Shown: positions 37,555 through 49,514 of the stretch, piece after piece
How positions within the stretch are numbered: position 1 is the first letter of the stretch
Layout: each line of letters opens with the position of its first letter
Origin: Saccostrea cucullata
Lineage: Eukaryota
Direction of reading: 5' to 3'
DNA: 64,000 nucleotides
Assembly (NCBI RefSeq): GCF_032062105.1
Contig: NW_026935833.1
Location: forward strand, 372,001 to 436,000
The notes under the pieces: model-generated
The model's input: the letters and a program-made list of their open reading frames with translations, nothing else
What the model was told of the DNA's origin: nothing
Database searches by the model: none
Translations under genes and position numbers: made by a program

Positions 37555-40500
37555 TCAGAAAATGCCTTTAAGAGGGGTGGCCTTTGGCGGTTCTTCTTTC
37601 CAGTGAGGTGGTTCAGTGGACTTGACACTAGGACGAGCTGACATTTTGTCATAATAGGCCTTCAAATTAGGAAACTTTTCCAACTCCAGTCCCCAACGCT
37701 TGCCGAAGGCGAGGAATGGGTAAAAGTAGACATCAGCCATGGTAAAATTGGAATCAGCCACGAAACCTTTGGTCTGATAGAAAAGAGAGATTGCATGGTT
37801 AAAAACGTATATTTGAGAGAGAGAGAGAGCATAAGAAATCCGTTGTATGAATGACCAAAGTCATTTCATATTATATTATTTACATCCACTGTATATAGGA
37901 AGCATGGGCCTTAAACAATTTGAAACTATTTGTACAGTAGTGATCTAGTGGTTTTTACTTAGATGTTTTACCTTTTCTATATAGCCTTCCCATCGCTGAA
38001 GTTCTTCCTTTAGAGCCTCTCCCTTCTTTTTCAAGTCTTCCTGTAATTAATAAATAAAGCAAGGAAATTTATAGAAACAAAAATGAATGTGTCATGTTCT
38101 AAATTTTGAATTTACCGAGTGGAAGTATATTGTAAATACAGAATTTAAAACATGACAACGTGTCATGTTCTAAATTTTGAATTCAAAATTTAAAATATGA
38201 CAACGTGTCATGTTCTAAATTTTGTATTTTCTCCCACCCAGTAAATTCAAAATTTAGAACATGACAAATGATCGAAAAAGCTAATCGTATAAAATGCTAT
38301 AAATACGGTGGTATATTTAGGACACGAATTTTTTGAAGATACCAGGAAAAAATTATTTCGTGAAAACGAGATATTATCTTGTGAAAACGACTCAATATCT
38401 CTTAAAATATATCTTTAAAAACTAATCCTCGTAACTATGGACTTGCATGATATGTTTATTATCATTTTTTAATACTGTAATTTTATACAGGAAAGAGTGA
38501 TTTCACTATATTATAGGGCTAGCACTCTAAAAAAAATTAGGGCAATCTACCTTAAGTACTTTTAAAATAATGGCTCAATATACCTCAACTCTTGAAAACT
38601 AAGTCTATACTTTAAAGTTAAAATACCGGCTTTCGATCTTCTTCTTTGGTTTGAAAGAAATAAAACAGTAGATCCACCATCAATTTCTGCTGAAAGTTGT
38701 TAGATGCCTTTAAAAAAAATAAAAGGAAATTGAAAAAAATACAAGTATATAAATACACGTGTTAACATTTTTTTTCATAATTATACTGAGTATATTTTTA
38801 TCTTTGGTCGTTCTCGGTGTTAAACTTTAAACAATTAAGAGATTGTAATGCTGCAAATACTGAGTTCGACATTAGAAAAATCCCTGTAATTTTATGCAGG
38901 GTTTGGAAATCATTTCATCGATGAAAAGATACAGTGAAAACTCTCTAATCCGGTACCTGTGTAATCCTTCAACACTGTGAATTCCGACGTTAAATTTCAT
39001 TCCCATTTTACTATGTTTCAGGGGGTCACTGACTAAGCTTTTAGTGTGCACCCTGTCTATTCCGACACAGAATTTGCCTCCCAGTGCATGTCGGATTAGA
39101 CAGGTATCACTGTATAAACGGAGACTGGTAAATACCTCGTGCATGCGCTGAAGAACCGTAGCTCTCTTGGCTTTGTCGGACGGAATGAGTTGGTTTCCCT
39201 TATCTTTGTAGGTACTCTGTGTAAAAACAAAATTTAACTTTAAAATGTATAACAAAGCACAGGAAAATGGAATGTTTAAATCTTCGTTGTTTTTAAAGGG
39301 TTTCAAATCCTAGGGGAGGGTAGAGTTAAGGATATCAAAAAAAAATTATATACATGTATTGTGCAAGATACTCTGCCAATGATCAGATGGTCTAAAAATA
39401 AACATGGGCACTGCAAAGTGGAGATTCCCCTCGCAAAAGATCAAAACAGTAATAAACTTCGATCCCATTGCAAATTACGTCATTTCCGTTACGCACACAA
39501 ACTAACCCCTCCCCCTTCCAACTCCGTTCCGAGGGGAAAAATGAAGATTTAAAAAGCTGAATGCAATTCATGGTGACATGCATATTAATACATGGCTACT
39601 CTATGCAGTAGTCCATGTGAACACTGAACAAGCATAAATCTGAGTTGAAATACCGGCGGTATTGGTTTTTGGTTAACAAAACATTGAGTAAAGGACCCAG
39701 TAAACATTAAAAATAATTTATTTGACAAAACGTTTGTATGCTTTCGTAACAATATTTGGAGTCCGGTTTTTGGATGATCACATTACATTACAGCTGATTT
39801 AAATGTCCAGACTTTTTGGCCCTAAAAGCGACTAACTTCATTGGTCGAGGCAGTTATCGAATTGTACCAGACTGCGAACTTTACATCGGAGAATTTATGC
39901 TCAGAAATGCATCATAACCTTTTCATTTGGCATCTATAAGCTCTATAAGTTATCCAATCCATCGGGCCACTGGCACCATAGGTGAGGATTAACCGGGAAT
40001 ATCTTGGATATTTATCCCAAATTTCTAATGTAATTTTGAAATAAAATTTTAAAAATGTCCTGAAGCATTTTTTGAGTGTTTGAGTTTACTGTTCTTGTGC
40101 AGTTTCTCAAATGTGAAAAACTCGTACATGTATGAAAGAAGAGAAGTGTCCCATAAACCTTACCTCTAAGTATTCACATATGGCACTTGATTCATTTACC
40201 ACTATGTCGCCATCTTTGAATACGGGCATCTGAAAAGAAAAAAAAAACTGTCTCTTAACCAATTCATTTCATACAGAAAAAGTTATTCTAAAGCTTTTTT
40301 AGTTTAACAAAGATAGTTTAAAGATAGCTTAAAAGTTAAACATAGTCATACGTTATATACGTATATAATGCAAAGCAAACTATTTTCGCAACTTTCGTTG
40401 TTTTATGTATCCTTCTAAAAGAAGAAAAAACTTCTACACCTTATTCAGTTTGTCTAAATCTCACCTGACCCCGGGGGTTTAGTTTTAGAACATCTGGTCC

Positions 40501-40632
40501 CTTGTGTTCCTGTTTACTGAATTCAATCAGCTTGTTCTTGTATCCCCCGAATCCCTTCTCCTCCAGAACGATCATAGCCTTCCAGCAGGGGATGCTCCCC
40601 GACCCCCAATACAGAAACATGTTCGTGGCCAT
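37555..40632 (-). CDS. Glutathione S-transferase, rho class, copy 3, 227 aa
   Basis: Exons 40632-40465, 40229-40164, 39216-39136, 38707-38627, 38040-37972, 37773-37555; intact ORF; TATA-like CTATATAAA on the minus strand ~75 bp upstream. Confidence 0.95.
38089..38270. repeat. Foldback/MITE-like inverted repeat
   Basis: TGTCATGTTCTAAATTTTGAATTTAC ... GTAAATTCAAAATTTAGAACATGACA, with internal head-to-head copies of the same motif. Confidence 0.8.
38930..39114. mobile_element. Tc1/mariner-type MITE (TA TSD)
   Basis: TACAGTGAAAACTCTCTAATCCG / CGGATTAGACAGGTATCACTGTA imperfect TIR. Confidence 0.75.
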
Positions 40633-42211
40633 CTTTTTACAAAGCGTATGGATTGTAGAGTGCTGTTTCTGGTTTGTCCGTGTAGAGAAACCAAAGTTTT
40701 GCCGTGTTTATATAGAGGTTTAATGTGTTAACCTTGAGGTCAGAGTTTAAATTGTAGAGCAAAGCTGCCTACCAAAAAACGTCAATATTATTGAATATTT
40801 CAAAATACTCCACTTACTCCCCCGACTTTACTATGAAGTATCTGTGAATGAAATATAGAGGCAAACAAGTTTAAAACGATACTGTTAGATTCTATTTCAC
40901 AATTATTCAGTTCATTTATTTTTTCGATCTACCCAAATTAATAGTAAGAAGAGTAAACGAAGATACGTGAACCTAGCATTTCTATTGTCATGTTCTAATT
41001 TCTGAACTTCATGAAATGAGTAAAAGTAGGAATTCAGGTACATTACATAAGTTAAAATATAAACCACAAAAAGGAAATGAGGAGAAATTTTATAAATCAA
41101 GGGGAAAAAATGAAATATTAGTTTGAATGTACCATATGCATCTGCTATATTTCCAGTCTATAAGATGTTTATATACAAATAGTGTTGTTTCTTTTAACTC
41201 ATTGCATTGCAAACTTGACACAGTATATTCAGAAGAGAATGTTAGGTTATAGAACATTTTGAAATCTTACTTTTCTGTTAAAAAATTTTATTGATTCATC
41301 CATTTAGATGTATATATGTATGTGGGGATCCATCGGGAGGAAGGTGGGGGTGCACATCGTGTAAATTCTTGTCTTTGACGTCTTATTAATTTGAAAATAA
41401 CATGGAAAATATTTAGAAAGGTGTTAGGAGCATTACATCAAATTCAGTTTAAATTCCAGAGCATTTCTCCGATCCTGCAAGATTGCGAAATTCATAAATA
41501 ATTCTGATAGAGATCGATTGAAATAAAATTCATTTATAACCATAACAAAGCACTTAGCACATCTTATTTAATAATGTAAATATATATATAGATTATATAC
41601 CTTAATAAGAAACAGTTTAACATAGGTATATCTGAAAATGAGTTTTTATTCTATTAGCTTCTTAAAACATATTTATTGTCTTATTTATTTATGTTTTATT
41701 TATGTCGTATTTATATCATAACATTTAGTGCTAAGTAGGTTAATTACTATTACAATCTATGAGGACCCCATTGGAAATAAGCACATTATTGCTTTCGTGG
41801 GTTATCCTCGGGAAATTGGCTATACTTAGTACAATAACTATATAGTTACCCGCCATTCTCTTAGTCTCATTTAGATATACTGAATTAAATGTTTTTCTTA
41901 AGTACTAGTCTTTTATGATATAATGTTAGTGTTTTATTACAATTGTATTTTTTACGAAATCTTATGATTTCTTTGTCATGTTTAATTATGTTCTTAAATA
42001 TATTTATGCAATATATATTTCCTGAATAAACAAACAAACAAAACAAACAAAGGTCCATCTATACGCAACAATCTTTCTGATCTTCGTTTTAAACAAAAGT
42101 ACATGTATAAGACAAAATAAATGAACACATTGTTACGTTAAATCAGGCGGATTTTGATTAATATGGCACAATTAAAGTACATAACAAGCTTTATTGTAGT
42201 CAAAAATCTTC

Positions 42212-45200
42212 TTATAAGCGCCCTGCCAAAGGAGTCATGGAAGGTTTGCTTTCCTTCCAGTGAGGGGGCCACGTTGTTTTGATGCTGGGTCTTGCGCAGG
42301 CGCTCTCATAGTAAGCTTTTATATTTGGAAATTTATCCAGATTCAAGCCCAGTCGTACACCAAACGCAATGAAAGGGAAGAAATACACGTCCGCCATGGA
42401 AAAGTCAGGTCCGGCTAAGAAGGCGCCTGTCTACAACAAAATTAGCATTATGCAATTGATTAAACTTTTTTGGCTCCAAATAACAGCTGTGAATTTTTAC
42501 AATAAATTTGGTTTGAAAATAAATGTGTGTCAGTGCGTAATCACTGAAATTTTGAATATTCCCGCCATCTCTCTCTCTCTCTTTCTCTCTGACACAATTA
42601 CAAAATAATTTCAACAGCCAAAAACAAAAAAAATTCCTATATCACAATTTTGTCGAGAGACAATTAATTTACCTTTCCTAAATAACCATCCCATATTTCT
42701 AGCTCTTCTTTCAATGTCTTTGTCTTTTTGGTCAATGCTTCCTATTTAAAAATAGAAACAACAAAGCAAAGTTACAGGAATAAAATACTCAAGACTATAT
42801 TACATAGTTCAAAATATGACGAACAATATATACGAGGGTTGATCCAAAAGTTCGTGGAATTTCTTTACATTTTAGTTATTTTTAAGTGAAATTGGTTGAA
42901 AATTTCAAATAAGAATATAGATTTTTGTTGAATATATTAAATTAAAAAACAGTTTACAAATTTATTATAGTGACTCTTTGGCAGTTGCCATAGAAACGGT
43001 TGGTTGGAAATGCGGGGGAAACATTTATGCGTTTAGTTTCATTTTAATTCTTAATACGTGAAATGAGAATAAAACAGTCCTATGTATGGCACGCCAAATT
43101 CACAAAAATGAGATAATCATAGTTTCACAATTGATAAACTAGGTTTATCGACTGTAAACTATAGTTTACAAACCGTAAAACTATAGTTAACGATTCGTTA
43201 AGTATAGTTTTCATCTGTAAAACTATATTTAACGGTTGTTAACTATAGTTTACGAATGTTAATTTAAGTTTATCTGTCTGTAATAAAGCGTTAACAATAG
43301 ATTTTGTTGATTAATTCACGTTTGTAAACTATAGTTTACGCAAACTATAGTTAAGAGTTGTTAATCATAGTTTCACAAATTGTGAAACTATATTTATCAG
43401 ATCGTTAACTATAGTTAACGGTTTGTAAACTATAGTTTACAAATCGTGAAACTGTATTTATCAGATAATCTATGTTTTGCAATCGCAAATGATTGTTTTC
43501 GGTGTTAAGTATAGTTTACGGTTGTGAAACATAGATTATCGCGTTAACTATAGTTTACAGATGTAAAATATAGATTAACGTTGTTAACTATAGTTTACAG
43601 TCCGTAAACTATAGTTTACAACCGATAAACCTAGTTTATCGATTGTGAAACTATGATTTGCTCATTTTTGTGAATTTGGCGTGCCATACCTATGTGGCAT
43701 ATAAAACGAAAATTATGTAATTTTTGTAAGCTTTGTGTGAGAGTTTTACTGATATTTAGTTCATTAGTTGATGATTTATTGTTCATCTTTAAGTTGTAAG
43801 ACAAAGTCAAATTTCGGTCATGTCCTAAGTTTTGTGAAAATCCCGGGATCACTCTATCTTGAACGCGTATATTATTGACATATGCTGGGGAGAAATGCAT
43901 TTAGTTACTGGTTTTCCAGTTGCATACGAAATTTAAGAAAAATAGAACTTCCATGGACGTTGATTAAAGGCGTGGCCGTTTTTAGGAGGCTCTGTTCTAA
44001 GTGTTTATCCCCCTAGACAAATTAAAAGCGTCAATGGGGGTTGTCGGCTGACGTACTGTTCTTGACATTGCTGCTGAAACTGGAACATCATATGGAAATT
44101 ATGACGGGAAGTTTTTGAAATATGAGTGAAAAATGATATATTTTTCATTTCAGATTTTCCCAATACTGTGACTCTCGCTCATTTGTTAATTGTTAGTCCA
44201 TGCATAGAAATGGTGATGTATACATAAATTCATACCGGGTCCATGTCTTCTTCCTTAGTCTCAAAAAATTCATACAAAAAATCAAGCAACATCTTCTGCA
44301 TTAGGTTAGCAACCGCCTAGAAAACAACAAAGATACATTTTATATACATGTATAGAACTTTTTCTTGTCTAGTATAAAACACATGGAGATAACGAACAGT
44401 ATATTCAAAATCAAAAGTCCATAAAAGAATACAAAACAGGAGCTGAGCAAACACGGACCACTAAAACATCAGAGGTGGGATGACTTGTCACTGAGTAGCG
44501 AGCATCCCCTGCCGACCAGTCACACCTGGTTTCTACAAAAGGTAGCACTCAAAGGTTTTTTTTTTAGTTTTGTAATTACCTCATGCATTCTCTGAAGAAC
44601 AAGTGCCCTCTGCTTTGGATCAGATGGAATGAGTTGAGTTCCATAATCTTTAAAAGTACTCTGCAAAAGAGTGTGCATTTAATTCTCTATTTGCAATGTT
44701 TCAATTTAAAAAAACAGAAAAATGGAGTAAACATTGAGGAAGCAGAAGCATGAACAGATTTGCTTACCTCCAGATATTCGCAGATGGCATTGGACTCGTT
44801 CACTACGATTGTTCCATGTGTAAATGTTGGTACCTGCAACATACAATTATCAATCATGAATTTTATCTAAAATTTATCCATATTATAGAGATGTGTCATC
44901 CCAACGTTGTTATGCAGAGTTACAACCATAGAAAAATGTGATAAGTAGCATGTTGTTCAATTTAACTGAACTATGCACACGGAGGTTAATAATGGGTAGG
45001 AAATTTTGTACTTACCTCCATGTAGTGTGTTTAAATTTTCACGTTTGTTTTGTGTAGTGAGTGTTGTCAGATTGCAAATCAGAATCAGAAAATATCAATT
45101 TAAAGAAGTTGCACTTGTGAAACAATGATGGCCCCATAAGCTGATAAGTTAGCTTCAATCTCTACCCAGAGTTATCGTTCGCTTCGCTACAATATATAAG

Positions 45201-46269
45201 TATAAGTGGTACGATAACTCTGGGTAGAGATTGAAGTTAGCTTATGGCAAAAGTTAAAGTTTCTCAAAATGCAAGTCAAACTCCAAGGTCAAGGTCAAAT
45301 AAATCGCCACTCAAAGAAAGACTTCTCTCAATACACAAGCACCTGTGAAACATGAAAGCTCCGGCACGAACTGTTCAAACGTAATGTCCAAGCTTATAAT
45401 TTTTTTTTAAAGTAGGTCAAACTCGAAGGTCAAAGTCAAAATTGTTGGAACTTATAGGAAGGTCCTGTCATATTTAGGATAACACAATTGAAATATGAGA
45501 CCCTTTACATGTGTACTAGCTGTTTAAACGTTATAGGAAAGGTTTAACTTTTTTAAGTGTGTATAACTCTTTTGCCAAGGTCATAACTGCTGGTACCCAA
45601 AAGAAGGCCTTGTCAGAAGGAATACACATTTAATTGATGCCGGTATGAAAGCCCTAGCCCCAACTGTTCAAATATAATTGCTAAGGTTAACCTTGATGAT
45701 TCTTTGGAAAAGTTGGTCAAACTCTAAGGTCAAGAGGTCAACTGTTTTGGTAACCAAAGAAAATTCTTGTTATAAGGAATATGTTGACACTTGTGACTTG
45801 AATCACAAATATCTCTAGCCAATCAAAATTTATGGACAAGATTAAAGTTTCTGCGGACAAACAAACATACTGACAGGATAAAAACTATATATATACCCCC
45901 GAATGTACAACTGACCCGATGCATAAAAGTTTTGATATATTTAAATACGATGACGATAAAAGTGTTCCATACCAGATTCAAGTGCCAGTTTGTGGTCAAC
46001 GAGGTCAATATCAGATGTCATTAACAGATCAAGGTTAGTTGAATTGATCATTCTCACTAATTAAAATACAATTTGTAAATTTAACTTAAAATTGCTATCA
46101 CCTCTCCTCTGGGGTTAAATTTGAGGACGTCTGGTCCTTTCTGTTCGTTTTTGTCGAAGGAGATCATCTTGTTTTTGTATCCACTGAAGCCCTTTTCTTC
46201 GAGAGCAAGCATTGCTTTCCAGCAGGGAACGCTCCCAGATCCCCAGAATAAAAACATATCCTCTGACAT
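42212..46269 (-). CDS. Glutathione S-transferase, rho class, copy 4 (most divergent), 227 aa
   Basis: Exons 46269-46102, 44833-44768, 44660-44580, 44316-44236, 42741-42673, 42430-42212; intact; LFWGSGSVPCW, FNPRGEVPTF, NESNAI, FSMADV, WPPHW. Confidence 0.95.
42831..44100 (+). mobile_element. Degenerate mariner transposon relic (GST4 intron 4)
   Basis: Mariner-type left end TACGAGGGTTGATCCAAAAG; broken transposase N-terminal HTH segments (VFQLHTKFKKNRTSMDVD*RRGR; TVLDIAAETGTSYG). Confidence 0.65.
43085..43688. mobile_element. Long-TIR MITE with 6-bp TSD nested in the mariner relic
   Basis: TIR TATGGCACGCCAAATTCACAAAAATGAG... (~64 bp); TSD CCTATG at 43079-43084 and 43689-43694; interior built of the palindromic AAACTATAGTTT repeat. 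Confidence 0.9.
45156..45233. mobile_element. 78-bp miniature TIR element with 10-bp TSD (Mutator-like)
   Basis: Perfect 23-bp TIR CAATCTCTACCCAGAGTTATCGT; TSD AAGTTAGCTT at 45146-45155 and 45234-45243. Confidence 0.9.
45245..45930. mobile_element. Helentron-like element with CAAGGTCAAGGTCA core repeats (GST4 intron 1)
   Basis: About 4 diverged units like those at 330-1180, ending in a GACA/AACA microsatellite and a CCCCCG...GCATAAAA terminus. Confidence 0.65.
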
Positions 46270-46823
46270 TGTCGATTTTGTACAAAATTGTCGAAAAAGC
46301 CTGAAGTGTTGAAAAATCGTTTTTCCTAAATATGGCGGCATGTAAGTGTCATATTACATGCGTCGGTCTTCTCGAAAGTCTAGTGATAAGATATAAAGTT
46401 ACACAAAACGCATTTGGGTCTCACTGTGCCTCAGGGAAGTCCCCCAAATAAAAGACTACAGAATGAATACTGTGGCAGGGGCTTATTACTAGTATCACTT
46501 AGTTCTTTGATATAAAAAAACATTGTTTAAATTTGGGCATTATTTGTATGCAAGACATGAAGTGCAGTATAAAAAAAATCAAGGTTGTCGGCGTCATGCG
46601 ATTTATGAGTTAGCTAGTCCTACGCATGTTATAGCAAAGATTAGAAGGCGAAAACACAAAGGAGTGATTGAATAGATAATATATAAATTATGAATATTGA
46701 TGCACTTTTGCTAAGCAGAATGAGGCGCCTTTCAAATATTAGAAAAAATATAAGAAGATTCTAATTATCTTGCAGCTACATATAAGTTGTGGCTCTCTAG
46801 TTACACCGACCCTGCTTGACTCG

Positions 46824-48133
46824 ATGGCTTTACGACAAAGATGGCTGAAACTAGCGAGAGACACCTTGAGGGTTAAAGAGGAAGTCTGTCAAAAGTGGTG
46901 GGGGTACATTGAACAAAAATACAGCGAGAGTCAGAGACACTACCACACCTTACACCACCTGGAGGAAATGTTTCAACACTTTGACCAATACCACGAGAAA
47001 ATGGCCCGTCCAGAACTTGTATCTCTAGCTGTATATTTTCACGAGTAAGATTCGAACACTTCTTTTATGTAAGAATTTTGAAAAGCGAGTTCATTTGTAA
47101 ATTCCATTTGAAAATAAAATACCGGTATAACGATGTCATTGCAATTGTGTATTGTTCTAGAACACATACACCGTGTAAACTCATGTTTTAAAATAGCTAG
47201 CTGCGGAAGCTCTAATATATTTCCAATGTTTGAAGCAATATACAGGTTGTACTTTCTCAAAATAGTATCATTTATGACCCAAAAGCATCAGACAACGAGG
47301 AAAGAAGTGCGGACATATTCATACAGTTTGTGAAAGAATCGAGTGTTAACCTGGTAAGGGTAATAAAATTGCTTCTGAAAAGACCTCGTTAAAACATCAA
47401 ATGGTTCATTTATTCTGTAACATATTCTAAAGTTAATTTCATATTTAGAAAGAAGATGAGAGGGATAAAGTACGAGACTGGATTTTGCTCACAAAATCTC
47501 ACAGCGTTCAGGAAAAAGCAGAATCTGACTTGCAGTATTTTCTTGATATAGATATGGCGGTGCTCGGTAGATCCCCTGAAGGTAGTACTTAGGTTGTTTG
47601 TTTGTAGTTATTGTTTTTTTTTTTTTTTTGCTTATTCATATATAAAAATAATGAAAATGTACTGTATATAGATTTGTAACTGTTAAAACTGTAATTGTTT
47701 TCATTAAATGGATCTCATTGTACATTGACGTGATTTACTTCAGGTTACAGGACATACGCCGGACAGATCCGTAATGAATACAGTCATTATCCAGATCAGG
47801 ATTATAGAAAAGGGAGATCAGCAGTAAGAACGCTAAATTGAATACAGTATTTGTTAATTAGGTTGTCTCGCTTAAACATAAAGTTAACCAATAACTGCTT
47901 CTTAGAATGTCGCCCCTATATGACACTGATGATATGTTTAACTTACCAATTTTAAATTGCAAGATCGTCTTACATTTATACTAGTAATAAGAATATTTAT
48001 TCTTTACCTTTTTAAGGTCCTTCGAGGATTTACTCAGCGACAGAGAATCTATGCTTCAGAAGAATTTCATAAGCTGTACCATGACATTGCTATTCAAAAT
48101 ATGGCAGATGAAATATTGACTTTACAGAGCTAG
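46824..48133 (+). CDS. Uncharacterised metal-dependent HD-superfamily phosphohydrolase (COG4339-like), 212 aa
   Basis: Exons 46824-47044, 47266-47353, 47449-47581, 47744-47823, 48017-48133 (639 nt). Motifs YSESQRHYHTLHH, LAVYFHDIIYDPKASDNEERSA, ILLTKSH, FLDIDMAVLG, YAGQIRNEY, YRKGRSAVL, IYASEEF. Confidence 0.88.
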
Positions 48134-48429
48134 TCAAGGCTTTGTACTGCTCCAAACTAAATGTGATACTCTGAATCTCCATTCCTTGCATTATATTTAT
48201 ATTGAATCCATTCATTCATGCCTGTATATACAACAATAATTTCCTATATGAATGTTCCTCAATAATTTTTACTACCTCATAAAGTTAATTGAAATATTCA
48301 TATAGACTTAATCGAGCTGGCACCAGAAGATAATGCTATACCTGTTTATATCCTGATGTAGGGACATTATACATAACACATTTTGCATAAAATTTTAGCA
48401 TACATGTAGATTTACCGATAGATGAAATG

Positions 48430-48790
48430 TGGAGATAACGAACAGTAAATCAAGCTCAAAAGTCCATTGATTAAGAAATAATATAAACTGGGAACAGAGT
48501 CAACATAGACCACTAAAAACATCAGAGGTGGGATCAGGTGCCTTGGAGCAGTCAGTATCTCCTTTCGACCAGTTACATCCGCCGTATGATCCTTGAAATA
48601 AATGGGAAAATCCGTAGACGATTCAGTGAGAAAATAATGACCTATTATAAATGTACTTGAATGTAAGACGTCGGTCATCATTCGACTTGATTGTAGATTG
48701 TATTTCCTGGTAAGGTCTTTGTGTTGACCCCCCAAAAAATGCGAAATATTGAATTTTAAGGACAGGTCATCCTTGTTTCATCAACTTTGG
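48430..48790 (-). mobile_element. 3' fragment of a putative Penelope-like retroelement (longest of three copies)
   Basis: The minus strand reads KLMKQG...GQHKDLTRKYNL...MMTDVLH, resembling a PLE RT C-terminus, then the shared 3' region also found at 32909 and 44385. Confidence 0.55.
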
Positions 48791-49089
48791 CCAAGCCATT
48801 GTAAGGACCATAGAATATGAGAAATTTTGAATTTAAACAAAACTATCCAATTATATCAACTGCCTCGTTTGAGATAGTTTGTACCAAAGGGGCCGGTAAC
48901 CACAGGCACCTGTTTCGGGGATAAAATTTTAACCCATAGTATTATTATACTATGGGTCAAAAATTTATTACAGAAGCAAGTGTCTGTGCCGGTAACATAC
49001 TATATTTGATTTTACATATTCACTATACAATAAGAGATCCCTTTTGGGTGTATAGTGATTATGTAAAATCTATTAGAGTGTGTTACCAG

Positions 49090-49280
49090 CCTCGGTGGAA
49101 AAAAACGAGGTCCCGTGTTATGGTAGGCGAAAGCAAGACTAAGAACCTTCATTGCTCAGTGGCCCCGAGTGTTGAGTTCTTAAAGGGCTAAATTTGAAGC
49201 CCTTTGCTGATATGTGGTGACGTCTCTACCTGAGTGAAGGTTCTCGAAAGGGACGTAAATCAACATACAATTAATCAACA
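49090..49280 (+). mobile_element. 5'-truncated SINE, same family as 50232
   Basis: AACGAGGTCCCGTG...TGCTCAGTGGCCC...GACGTCTC...GGGACGTAAATCAACATACAAT tail. Confidence 0.65.
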
Positions 49281-49514
49281 TTAAAAAAATTATTGGATCA
49301 TCCATACGAAATAATGAAAACCACAGAAAAATCACGTGAAGTTTGTAAATTATAACTACACAGATTCATTGAAAACATTCATTCAAATCGTACAACAAGT
49401 TTTAAACATATTAATAAAACGATTCAAGTAATTTTGATTTTTGAATCCTGGTAATGACTAGAACTGTGGAAATATCGTCAGAAAGACAAAATGGAGGTGT
49501 CGGAAAACATTGCA

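Noticed and set aside
41759-41812. ATGA-started stem-loop resembling a SECIS element
   Set aside because: The stem closes by Watson-Crick pairing without the GA/AG quartet and lies opposite to the GST strand; the downstream AATAAA(CAAA)n tail suggests a retroelement 3' remnant.
46720-46823. Arg-rich upstream peptide MRRLSNIRKNIRRF as a targeting sequence for the HD protein
   Set aside because: It is out of frame and ends in a stop; it would need an unsupported indel.
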